Shown here: piece by piece, positions 50,261-61,956 of the stretch | Layout: every line of letters starts with the position of its first letter | Position numbering within the stretch: the stretch's first letter is position 1 | Assembly: GCA_964036045.1 (NCBI GenBank) | Contig: OZ038379.1 | Coordinates: 71,052,001 to 71,116,000 of the forward strand | Length of the DNA: 64,000 bases | From: Eutreptiella sp. 'Long Island Sound 2002' | Lineage: Eukaryota > Protista > Euglenida | Direction of reading: 5' to 3' | Notes under the pieces: model-generated | Database searches by the model: none | What the model was told of the DNA's origin: nothing | What the model saw: only the letters and a program-made list of their open reading frames with translations | Position numbers and translations under genes: made by a program

Positions 50261-53200
50261 AACAAAGTGAGCGTACTTATTCAAAAGTGCCGCTCGAAGT
50301 GGGTACAAGCATCGCGGAACTGCCACGGGGGTTGTTTGTACGTGCTATGCATCATGGGGTACATCCTCCTAGGCTGGGACAGGGTGGTCACTTGCTTGGG
50401 CAGGACACAAGGGCAATACTGGCCCTTGTCGGGGCGAGGCACACCCGATTCCTATTTGGCATCCAACCACTCATTCGTTGAAATGGGCTCTAGCTTGGGC
50501 CTCAAGTGGGCAAGAGCAACCATAATGCCCGCTGCCCATACTCCCCGTGTGCTAGCGGCGGCCCGCAAAACCAGCCTCTCGTTCAAGCGGATCATCATAC
50601 CCAGTAGGGCTGTGGAGCCCGTGGGGGCGGCCCGAGGGAAGTACTCCGGCACAACATTCCTATAGGGCAACCAATATTTGTGCTGCTCCCCCTTGCAATG
50701 GACATCAGTGACAGCCTTGGTAGCAGGGCCCATCAAAAAGGCAAAACTTTGTCCACTTTGTCAACGGCTATGTTGTCGTCCCGCCACCCCGCGTCGGAAC
50801 CGTACGGGGCTGAGGCCTGGGGCGGGGCGTCTGAGGGTGCAAAAGCCATGGGAACATAATCTAAAATTGACACACAAAAAAGAAGAAAAAATTGTTGATG
50901 GGGCCCGAAACACCAGCGAGCACCTTTCGTGGAACAACGAGAGCAAAGCTCACGTCCGTCAGACCAATGTCACCAATGATTAAACCAGAGCAAACATGCG
51001 ATGAAACATCATCGGACACCAAACTAGAACTTACAAAGCGGGGGAGGAGATTGTAGCTCACCACCAGTTGCGAGTCATTTTGACGAGACACACACACCTT
51101 TAATTCGGATGGCCATGAACAACAGACTCGCATGGGACTACTCTACCACCTCCGAGGGCTATTCGGGGTTTGGGCTGCCGGTAACCCATTGTGAAACGAT
51201 GACCCCCATGCTTTGCCCCAAAAAAAGAAAGAACAGCTAGGGCCACCCGCAACAGGACCATGCCCAAGCACACGTTGCAAACGTTTTTTTTCAACGCAAA
51301 CTCTTGCCACCCACCACTACGTATTTTTTTCAAATTTTGCGCCAATTTCTTTCAACCGAGACACTTGTTCCCCCCCTTACCATGTGAAATTCCGCCTCCT
51401 GCGGGAGATGCCCCCCCCCCCCCCCCCTCGTGCCGCTCTCGGTGTGTTGCAGGGGCTGCCATCTAGGGGGTTTGTTTGTGCCATTTTTGTGGGCTTTGGG
51501 GGTAGGTGCTAGACGGGTATAAGCCATCACACTATGCATGGTGGCCGTAGGTGTGGCATGCACGTGTGGGGGCGTTGTCTCTCTCGTCCCTCTCTGTGGT
51601 GTGTTGGACCTATGGTCTTGCGGTCCATTCCCGGATCCGGCACCATTCCATCGGCGGTCCCCTTACTGCATGTCGTCATCTGGCAATAATTGATACGTGG
51701 CGCTGCTGCCCTGCGTATGATGAGTGAGGCAGTCACACAGCACGGCTAGCCGAGTGCATACTCTTTGTGCCATTCCGGGGAATTCACTTGTTGCAGCAAA
51801 GCATGGTGGGATACCTGCGGTGGCATCTAGGAGGTGCCGGCGCTTGTGGCGGGCGTTTGTTCAAGGCTCGCTGTGAAGAACACTGATGGTGAATAGGCTT
51901 CTCCATCGAATTAGGTATCGGTCTATCCTCATTGTTCTTCGAAGTCCAGCAGGTGTGACGCGTGATCGGAGTGCACGAAGGGCCTGGTAGTTTGGTTGTG
52001 ATGCAGGTACAAGCAGTCAGGGTATCATTGTATAGGGTGTTCCAAAAATTGTTGAACGCGGCGCCGGTGGTGGGTTCACTTCTGTCCTCGGTGCCACTGT
52101 GGTGCGGTGGCCCGAGGTGTCGCCTTGAATGACACGCGGGACGTGTTGCACCGCTGCAGTACGTCTCCTTAAGTAATAGTCCCGCTGCTGCTCGGTCCAG
52201 TAATCGTGGGTGTGATAAGCCGCGCCTTCATCCCATTCCATGTACTCTTGCTCCTGCTGCTCGTGATCGTCGTACCACCCAATGTTTGCCTTGGCTCAGA
52301 TCATGTTGATGACGTCCGGGTGGTGGTACCACTCGTCGGACGGGCCTTGGTCGTGGTGGGGTGTGTGGCAGCAAGCGCGGTGGTGGTTGTACCGAGGTTG
52401 TTGGCTTAAACTCCTTGGAGTATGTACCCTGTGCGAATGGCCGTTAAAAGAACTTTTGAATGAGAATGCGAATATGGGTGTCCAAGCCAACTATTTTGTC
52501 CCAAAAGAGGCTTTTTCAATGGGTTGGAATGGAGGATATGGTTTCAAACATCCGAAAAAATATAAAATACAGGTCCCTGCGAGAAAAATCCACCCTTTTT
52601 CTACACACTGGGTGGCCATGGTGGCCGTTTAATGCCCTATTTGTTATGTGCCGATCGGCTCTATTTGCTCCGACCCTTGCGAATGCGAATTTGGGACAAT
52701 TTTGCACGAATTTTGCGCAAACTTTGCGCGAATTTGGTACAATTTTCGCGTACGGGCATGCACATCTTCACCATAACAAACCAAGGCCTCTTTGCCATGA
52801 ACCGTCCAAACGTACTATGCTCGGTGTTTGCGCTGTTTGCGGCGGCTGAAACATTGACTAAGGGTATGTACATAGTTGAGGTCACTAAGGGCCCTCTTGC
52901 AGGGCCCGCCTAGCCAAACGTTGTACGGTCAACGGGCCTTGCCCACGCATGGACCTCTTTGTGACATTCCACCACTCCGCACGGAGGCTGTCGTCTATGG
53001 TGTGGTTGTCAACGACAACTTGCACACCTAGGCGCCCATGCAGAAGGCTTAGGCCCCAGCTGTTGTGCAACATGCGCTTGAGCCTACGGTGGCTGCCTTC
53101 CATGGCGAAGCATGAAAATTTGGGAGAGGATACCCCATTGGCAGGCAAAAAAGTACATGTGGTGAATCCACAAATGTGACCACAACAGCTTAGGCCATAA

Positions 53201-54202
53201 CAAGAGTAGGTGGCCTTTGCCCATCGCTATGCTACACTCACGTAACATTCCTAGATTTGCCCCGGACAGCCAACATGTCCGCCATGCATATATATACATC
53301 TTGGCAAAATTGTCCCACCGCAGCCTACAAACGTCCCCCCATGGTCTCCCCCCCACTCGCTCGTTGTTCATTCCCCTCTCTTCAAGGCACGCGGCAATGA
53401 GTGCCTCCCACCTCGGGGTGCGCATGAATGGCACAGCCGCGGCAGACTGCAACCTACCGTTGCCCTTCGCGTTGGCGCTGTCGTTGCCCTTTGCCATCCT
53501 ACCCTTTGTTGCCGTCTTGGCTTCCATGCCGGCAACATCTAGGATCGGTTGGAAAAATTGCGGACAATGACCGCCGCGGAGTTGCCAATGGCAGCTGACA
53601 CCGCATCCCTCATGCCGGAAATACCACAAATAGTTACCGGCGGCACCCCGTGCAACCCTGGGTCCGGAATGCGACGTTTGGCTGGGATGTGTCTATATAT
53701 GGCTCCCATGGGGAGCACAACCTCCCACCACCCGTCAATGGTGGGTTCCAAGCCGAAATTGGCAAGGCAGCCTGCCCGATTGCGGTCGCGAACCCAACAC
53801 ACCATGGCCTGCGAAGCCTCGGCTTTAAAAATTTTACAATTGGCCATTAAAATTTGTGCCTTGGCATCGGCATAGAGGAAAAAGAGTGTTTCCTGGTCAG
53901 CACCGGAAGTATCTTGGAAGACAACCTTACTAGCATCCCACAACTGTTGCTCGAAGTCAACCTCTTGAGCAGCCGCGTACAAGGTCGCCCAACCCTGATA
54001 CACGCTAGAAGTCCCAATCTTGATCTAGCCTAGAACGCTCTAGCTAGAACGTTCTAGCCTAGATTAGATCAATAATAGAACGATATAATGGCTACAACAT
54101 ATCCCAATTCTTCGTTGCTCCGCCGTGCATGCTTGCTATTGTCCGTAGTGCATTGTTAAATCCTTCCTTCTTTCCCGCTTAGATATTGGGCATTTCTTTG
54201 CA

Positions 54203-56160
54203 ATGAAACGCCCCGCCACTACCCCCCTTGCTCCCTCCTCAACCGGGAAGGATACTTCCCTCTTGTCTAAGGCACTACGTGAGATGAGTGGGGCCTCAAA
54301 CCTCAAGGATGAGCGGGTGGGCCATTACTTGGCCACGTGGGCGCTATCATGCCCCCTAGCACGGCAGCAATTCAACAACGCCATCCAATATGTGAACTCC
54401 GCCACTTCTACCCATACCATGGGTGAGGCATGCAAGGCCGCCGTTGAGGCATACGCCGCCTCCCTACTTCCCCCCACCGGCATGTGTGAACTAGTGCTCA
54501 ACACGAGGGCCCCCAAGGACTGGTGGAGGACCCTCTCGGAGCTCTACACGCTCCGTAAATTGGAGTATCACCGCACCGTCCCTAGTGGCCCCTACTCCCG
54601 TCCAATTTGTGCCAAGCGGGCTTTCAAAGCCCGTTGGAAGGAGTTGGTCGCCCCGGTGCAATTTGATGACCCGGTTGCCACGGTGTTGCCCAAGGCCACC
54701 GGGATCTCATGGCCCTTCGCGTCATGGGTCACATACATCCTCTCCCGGCCGGGCTTGGTGCGGTCAATCAACCGCACCTTCCCGTTGACGTTCATCGTCC
54801 GGGGAGATGGGAGATGCCTACCGCGTGGCCGGCGGCAATTGAACCCAACTCACCATCTCCTTGGCCAACTTCGAGCGCTTGGCCCGCTCCCCGGCGGGCC
54901 TTTGGGTGTTGAGCATGGCCAATTGCGATGACAAGGCCATGGACACCCTTGGGACGTTGCGTAAGAGCTATTGGGAGGTACTCCTCTCACCTAGTGCCTT
55001 TCACTCGTTCTAGTTTTGATCTAGTCGGCATCAAACACCGCTCGCTAGACGCTAGATTGGACTAGACTAGAACAAAATTAACCACCCCCCATGTCTCGTG
55101 TTTAGGTGATTCAAGATATCATCGACACGGGGCTGGTCCAATGGGGGGCCTCCAAGGAGGAGGCAAAGGTGATCCTCGGGGAGGATCAACCGTGGACGCG
55201 ACGGGTGATTGGGGTGTCCACATGACCCCAAGTGGGCTCCATGTTCAATGAGGGGATATGGAATGCCCCAACGAAGACTTGGGAGGGTAGTGCTAACCCG
55301 CGGACCATGGAGCGTGACGAGGCCAACTACACAGCCTTCCTCCTTGGGACGCCATCCTTGCAAGCCGCCGGCTGCAGTACGCAGCCCATTTTGGAATTGC
55401 CACGTGCCTGGGTCGTCTTGTGCATTTTGCACTTGACAATGGCCATGGGCCGCTTGTTGGGGGAGTTTGTCGACCGGGAGGCTAGGTCGGTCACCCCTGC
55501 GCTCCGTCAAGACCTGCAAGTCTTCCTGTCGGAGAGGAGTGCAGGTTGGAGCGTTTATGGGTCAGCATCCCCGGACGGGGAGGAGACGGCCAATTTTTTT
55601 GACGCATGGCCGAATATTGCTAAGTGCCTCGGCATTAGGCCGAGCACGGCTAAGTACAAGGCCATCGCGAACATGTGGGACCTGCTCCAGGCCCTCTATT
55701 GTACATATCAGGGCCCTGACCCATTGTTTTGTGCTGTTGTGGCGCGCGATTTCCGGCGACACTGTACTGTTGGAACAGCATCATGGTATCTACTAAGCCT
55801 TGAGCAGGATGTAGATACCATGTTGCACAACATTAAGCCATTTGGCCTGGCCATGTTCTCCGGTGACATTTCGGAAAGCATTAACCGCTTTCTGAAACAT
55901 GGTCACAACGAGCACATCAACCGGGGGGGGGGGGGGCTGTCGGGTGGAGGGGGTGGACGAGGTGTCGTGTCGTCAGTGGTCGGCCATCCACAGGGAGGCC
56001 AATGGGGAAGCGCAGTGCATGACATGGTTGTTTGCGTACTTTGACGTGTCGTGGGTTGTGCATGGGGGGGCCGCGGTCGCAAGTGCCATGCTCGGGCAGG
56101 GATGCCATGGAGGGAAAGAGGGTCAGGGTCACATGCAGGCTTCCCTGAACCAGAGTATTT
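54203..56160 (+). pseudogene. Element B transposase (two exons; 7-bp duplication frameshift, two stops, poly-G frameshift)
   Basis: TFIVRGDAY (D1) ... SMANCDDKAMDTL ... VILGEDQPWTRRVIG (D2) ... VVLCILHLT ... LAMFSGDISESINRFLK (E). The 3' end is approximate. Confidence 0.72.
54978..55105 (+). other. Predicted 128-bp phase-0 GT-AG intron, CTAG-motif rich
   Basis: TGG GAG|gtactc ... gtgtttag|GTG ATT CAA; removal joins SYWE to VIQDII in frame. Confidence 0.7.
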
Positions 56161-56208
56161 CGCAACAAGATGGCATCGCAAGAGCAGTTGGACGAGCTGG
56201 TGAGGCAG

Positions 56209-56352
56209 GTATATTTCGTGCTGTGCGTTCTAGCGCTGATCTAGGGAATCGTCCTAGTCTTGATCTAGGCACCACGATCGGCCACCAGACTGTCGCTAGA
56301 ACGCCGCCAGAAAAGTTGCCTAGAACGCCGCTAGAACGCTCCTATGCTACAG
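56209..56352 (+). other. Predicted 144-bp phase-0 GT-AG intron with inverted GTTCTAG/CTAGAAC clusters
   Basis: AGG CAG|gtatat ... ctacag|AAT GCA. Confidence 0.7.
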
Positions 56353-57777
56353 AATGCAGCGACCCAGGCGCTGATTGCGCAGATCTTGGAGGCGCAGAGG
56401 CGTGCAGCTCCGGCCGAGGAGGCGGAGCCAAAGGCTGACCAGGCCCCGAAGGGCGACCCACCCCCCCTTGCCAAGCCCAAGTCCAAGCCCAAGCCCCAAC
56501 CCCAAGCACCCCATCCACCATCGCCACCCCCTCCCGCATTGGTCGCCGAGAGGCGGGGGGCGGGAGGGTCCACGAGGAGGAGGAACCGGCGGAGGTGGAG
56601 GAGGCGCGGGGGGAGCTCAAAGGGTTGTTGGATTCCCGCGCCGCCTCCAAAGCGGCCAAGACAAGGGCGGAGACAAAAGTCTCGGCCTGGGAGGCAAAAT
56701 TGGCCAGCCTCCGGGAGGAGGGAGCGGAGGAGGAGAGGATCCGCTGGGGGGAGGCCAACCTTTGCAAGGCGAAGGTGAAGGTGGCCGAGAAGCAGGAGGC
56801 GATCGAGGGGTTCGATAGGGCGGTGAGGCGGAGCGAGAGGGAGTCGGCGGCGGTGGTGGCGAGGGTGAAGGACGAGGAGGTGGACGAGGTGGTGGAGGTG
56901 GACGTGGAGGGGGAGATGGAGGAGGCGATCGTGAAGGACGAGGAGGTGGACGAGGTGGTGGAGGTGGACGTGGAGGGGGAGATGGAGGAGGCGACCGTGA
57001 AGGAGGAGAAAGAGGAGACGAAGGTGGTGGAGGCGGCGCCGGCGGGGGGGGGGGGGTGAGCCAGTGGCTCAGGGGTTTGATGGGGTCGAGGGCTGCGGGG
57101 GCCATCCAGGACCTGCCATGGGACCCGGCAGTCCTGGCTGGCCCCCGCCCCCCTAACATGGGCACCCCCCTCCTACTCGACCCGGAGAGTCCGGTGTGGA
57201 CTCTCCGGTTTTTGTTGGTGCGGGTGCACCACCGGCTGTTGGGGGCGGGGCGGTGGGTATGGGTGGACGGGGGGGCGGGGGGTTGTCCACCTGGACAAGC
57301 CCCTGCGCCTGAGGGTGGTCGAGGGGTCGTGGGGGTGGCAACGTGAGTTGCCTGGGCCAGGGAAGCAATGGGGGGGAGGTGCCCCCCCCCCCCCCCGAAA
57401 GGGGGGTGGAGATGTTTGAGTTGGCGCAAACCAACATCTTCACCCCCGCGCGGAAAAAGGGGGGGGGCACCCACTGGCGATTCGTCGCCCACTGCTGGCA
57501 GGGGCTGTGCTTGGGGGGGGTGGAGTGGGTGGGGAAGGCCTGGGTCTGGACGCCGACCTGGTCGGCGCTATTGGACTTGGGGAATTTCAACCCCGAGGCG
57601 GCGAACCGGGGGGTGTATGCCGGGGTGGTGCACGGCATAGCCTCCCGGCCCAAGTCCAAGCCCAAGCCCGCCGCAGCCCCCGCTAGGGGCCCTGCGCAGC
57701 CGCACCCCCCCAACCCCGCGGACGCCTTTGCCAAGGCAGTGGGGGCCATCTCCCCCGCCCTGGACCGCCAAGGCACG

Positions 57778-57932
57778 GTATGTTGATTGCGTTCTAGCGG
57801 TGATCTGACGAACCGTTCTAGCGTTGATCTAGCCACCGCCGTGCCGCCGCCGCTAGAACGTCGCTAGAACACCGCTAGAATAGTTGCCTAGAACGCCGCT
57901 AGAACACACCTGCATGTTGTTTTTGTCTTCAG
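57778..57932 (+). other. Predicted 155-bp GT-AG intron with inverted GTTCTAGCG/CGCTAGAAC clusters
   Basis: GGC ACG|gtatgt ... ttttgtcttcag|GTT GTC; has a clear polypyrimidine tract. Confidence 0.7.
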
Positions 57933-60900
57933 GTTGTCAGCATGTAGACGTGTGGAGGCGACCCCCGCGGGGTGCGCGTGGAGAGGCGCGCTGGTGGAGG
58001 GCGGATGCGCCTCGTGGGGGTCACCGAGTTGAGCCGGATCTTGGGGACGAACCCCAATTTGGCCCTCTCGGTGCTGGAGGGTTTGGGTAAGTGGGAAGCG
58101 GGCAGGAGTGCGGGGGGCATGGACCCGCAGCGCAAGGGTTGGGGGAGGTTGGAGGACCGGGGGGGACGACATGAGCAGCAGAAGCAGCAGCAGCAGCAGC
58201 AGCAGCACCAGCAGCGGGGAGAAGACACCCCCCCGCAAGGCCACCAAACCCCCCCCCAAGGCCCCCAAGAAAAGACCCCGCCCCCGCCACTTCGAGAGTA
58301 GTGACGAAGAGGCGCCCCCCCCCAAGGGCAGCAGGGCAAGCACAAGCCCAAGGCCAAGCCGCAGGCCAAGGGCAAGGGCAAAGCCACGCCCCCCCACCCA
58401 ACCCCAAGCCCCCCCCTTGCAAGAAAGGGACCGGGACCCCTATGGGAATGTGCCGGGTGTGGGGGACATCCGGTATGTCCCTTGGGCGGAGGGGGGCAAT
58501 GGGGGGACCCTCAGCCAAGTGACGGTGTTGGGGGATTGGGATGAGGAGTTGGACCCGGGGGAGTGGTGGGTGGTGCCGCAGGGGTCCAATGGGGAGGGGG
58601 AGGGGGGGAAGAAGGGGAACAAGGGGAAGAAGAGGAGGCGGGAGAAAGAGGGGGGCACCTTCCGGGTGGCGGGGGAGCTCCTCTTCCTCACCCGGGAGGA
58701 GGCGGAGGCCCACCTCCGGGAGGCCTTGGAGGCCGGGGACAACGGGGACGACGGGGATGAAGGGGATGACGAGGGGGACGCGGGTGGTGACAAGGGGGAG
58801 GGGGGTGACAAGGGGGGTGAGGTGGGGGGTGACAAGGGGGCCCGAGAAGGAAGGGGACACGGGGGGTGGGGGTGAGAAGGGGGGTGCCGGGAGCAAGGAT
58901 GAGCCCCGGCAACCCCCCACCACATAGGAGGGGTAACCTGCGTGTCGCGACTCGCGAATGGGGGCCAGGGGGGGCAAGGGGGCGAATCGGGCTAACCGGG
59001 CTAATCGGGCTAACCCACCACCAAGTGACCCGGCGCCGGCCCGCCACGTGACCTTCCAAGTGACCTATGGGGTGCGGTGGGGGGCTGACCGGGCTAACCG
59101 GGGGGTTGGGGGGGGGGGACCCGGCGCTCCGTGAGTCGGGTCCAGCATCGGGACCCTGTGATTGGCCACGGCTGGCCATGGTAGCCGGGGCACCTTCTCT
59201 TTAAGAAGTGGCGGAGCATTCATATATATCGTTCTAGCGGCGTTCTAGCGAACCGTTCTAGCGGTGTTGTAGCGACGCTCGCTAGAACGTCGCTAGAACG
59301 CCGCTAGAACGAAAAAATTTTGGACTCCAAAATCAGGTGAAAACAGTGAAGTTTAAAAAAAAAAGTATGGGCCCCCGAGTATGGATAGGGTGGTCCAGGT
59401 TAGAAACCTCACCCCCCCCCCCCCCCTGCGGGGGGGTATCCCCCTCTTTTTTTCGTTCTAGCCGCTCTAGCCGGTTCTAGGCTAGAACGAGATTGGGTAT
59501 TCTAGCGTGTACCAAGGGCACTCCTCACTACCCCCCAGTAGCCACCAGCTTGCTAGTTCATCGGGGCTATTGGTTCCCCCGAGGGTGCAATGCACGTACG
59601 AAGCCTCGTGCCGCGACGTGCCGTCCACTGCTAGTGGCATCCAATGCAGCCTTGGATTGTCCGTTTGTTGGACGTGGGCCGGCTCAACCGGTCGGCAACG
59701 GTACAGGTGTTGCAACCGCGCAAGTAACGGGCAAAAGGCTCCGTAAAGCTCCATGTTATCCCCCGTCTTGGCTACAAACCCCTCCGATGCGGGCTTTGCA
59801 AGCTGCTGCATGGTGACCCTCACGTCCTCCCAGGGTACCCCCTCAACTAGATGAGGTGTGAGGTATTGCGCCTCTGTCTTGGACAGGTGCAGCGACCGGA
59901 TGCACCACACCGCGGCGACGGTCTTCTCCCAAATGGATGGTGCGGTGGGCAGATCACCACTCCCCCCCCCCGTCTACCGGCGTGAGGACAATCTGGCCCG
60001 TGTCCAGGAGGTGCTTCACCAGATACTCCGGTCCTAGTTCCCCCGAGACAACGTCCTGCAATGTCCTCAAGCGGCAAGCCCGGTGCTGCCTGGACTTGAT
60101 ATGGACAAAGGCCTTCTTCCCCTTGTCGCCAACCCCACGTCCCATGACAAAAAACACTGAGAATAGCCAATAAGCAATGCATGTCAATTTGCAATGTCGA
60201 GAAAGTGAGAGAAAGTCAACCCCATTGGCAAACACCGCACCCCAAAAAATTTGTACAAGCACCCCATGCGTTGGGAACCAGCAATAGACACAAATACTGT
60301 ACTAATTCGCGCGAATTTGGCGCGAAGTTCGCGCGAAGTTAGCATAAACTTTAGGACAGTGGTCAGCTGAGTTGTTCGCGCGTTTGCATGCAATCGCGCG
60401 AAGTCCGAAATTCGTGGCACGATCAGGACAGTGGTCAGCGATGTTGTAAATTACAATGGTTAAAGAGGCCGTTCGTAGGGCGACACTACGGGGACCCAGT
60501 GCCTGTGGAGGTCCCAAACCCATGGGCTGCGGAGGGCTTGGGGGGGCTGAGGGGGGAGCTTGAAGGCTGGGTTAGTTGCGGCCTCCACCACAGCGTCCCC
60601 CAGGTACCGCCTCTCGACATCGTCATGGCTGTCCAAGGCACCTTGAAACCCAGGCACCACCGATTGCAAGGTCAGCCCGTTCCTCTACGAAAGCAGCAGG
60701 CGCGCGGTGGCGGCCATTGCTGAGAACTCCCCCTTCGCCTTCGTTGCCTGGGCCTTCGGGGCCTGGCTCCCCGCCATAAGGTACCTCGTACCGCCCCCCC
60801 CCCCCGCCCCTGCCCCCCCCCCCCTTCCGTCTGCTCTTCCTGCTGCTGCCCCTACGTGCCCGCCTTCGGCTTGGTTTTGCAGGCCTGCGCCTGGAGATGG

Positions 60901-61956
60901 TCGCAGTCCCACTCCGCCGCCGTTACCCGCTGCTCCGGCGCCGTTGACCGCCGCTCCGCTTCCTGCGCCCGCTTCTTTGCCTCTTGGAGCTTGCCTCGCA
61001 GGCGGAGAACCCCCCTCTCCGCCGCCACCGCCCGCTTCTGCCACTAGGGCATGGCCCCCGCCTCCGCCACCACCCAAGAGTCCAGCTGCGTTGCCGGCAC
61101 GGGCTTTGCAGCCGAGGGCTGGCTAGCCGACTTGGCGTAAAGTTTGGGGGCCTTGCGGGGCCGGCCCACCTTGCCCCTGGAGCCGCCGCACTTGGAGCTC
61201 CGCATGGAGGAGGCATCGTCCCCCTCCTCCTTCCCCCGCTCCTCCGCATCCATGTCCACCACTCGCCCCACCTCCTCCAAATGCTTGCGGTGCTCCTCTT
61301 TTGCCCGCGTGGGCATTTGCACCCAAGCATAGCTCATGTGCTCCTCCACCCGGTCCCCCCATCCTCTCACCCCCGTCACCGCCAACGCTACCTACCGCCT
61401 TAACTGCCCCTCGCCACCCCCACCCTACCCTTCACGCAACAATCCATTCTTCAATGCCCTCCACGTAGCCGGTATGCATAGAGGGCATTAATCGTCGCCC
61501 CCTCCTTCCACCCTCCCTTGGGGTTGGGGAACGTGATGGCATAGGGGAAAGACATTTTGAGGGGCCGCTCTCGCTGCCCATTGTGCGTCACGACCTCGAC
61601 CTCCCAGGTCGTCGCCACGAACCCCTCCCTTGCCCGCCTCCGTCCAGGGAGGTCGAGCTACCATGCGAACGGGGGCTGAGAACGGAGCATGGAGAGGGGT
61701 AGGCCGTTGCCCCCGTCCCCGCCACGGGGTGTGCGACGACCATGGGGTCGCAGGCGCGGGCTGCAGGCGGGGCTGCGGGAATGGCCGCCCGGGCGTCTGC
61801 GGCGGTGGCGCCGGCCGAACTCGAGGGCACGTCGAGGGTCACCTAGCGGATTGTGCCCGACTATGCAGTGGCATCAATGTGCCTGGCCGGGCGGAATCGC
61901 TTGCGGGCGTGCGTGGCCCTGGCCGCACGGAGATCTGGCAGCCAGCAACGCCATTG

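Larger units (their letters stand above)
56170..58875 (+). pseudogene. Element B ORF2: multi-exon, coiled-coil, acidic repeat, C-terminal Tudor/SH3-like segment
   Basis: MASQEQLDELVRQ|NAATQALIAQ... across intron 56209-56352. Has a 66-bp acidic tandem (VKDEEVDEVVEVDVEGEMEEAI x2), frameshifts at G/C runs, and VGDIRYVPWAEG..VTVLGDW..EWWVVP..TFRVAGELLF near the end. Confidence 0.6.
53992..59518 (+). mobile_element. Element B: complete ~5.5-kb TIR transposon with RAG1/Transib-type transposase and a second ORF
   Basis: 36-bp core TIR CACGCTAGAAgtCCCAATCTtgaTCTAGCCTAGAAC at 54001-54036 with its inverse at 59474-59509 (4 mismatches). Boundaries are either 54001-59509 with a TA TSD or 53992-59518 with a CA TSD. 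Flanks rejoin the A transposase in frame. Confidence 0.92.
52885..60156 (-). pseudogene. Element A RAG1/Transib-type DDE transposase, split by element B, with ~3 frameshifts
   Basis: Joined reading: MPLAVDGTSRH (D1) ... LLGGSEE ... FFLYADAKAQ (D2) ... MVCWV(C) ... IPDPGLHGV ... WIHHMYFF ... KFSCFAMEGSHRRLKR (E). Confidence 0.72.

Noticed and set aside
53992-54000. The 18 extra bp at the B site as P-nucleotide hairpin footprints
   Set aside because: The extra bases are not reverse complements of the adjacent flanks.
56342-58977. Long Pro/Gly-rich ORFs on the minus strand of B ORF2 and similar antisense ORFs in A
   Set aside because: Shadow frames of GC-rich low-complexity coding sequence.
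54001-59509. True RAG1/RAG2 genes or canonical RSSs
   Set aside because: No RING/N-terminal RAG1 domains, no kelch-PHD ORF and no ACAAAAACC nonamer at 12/23 spacing; gene symbols were therefore withheld.
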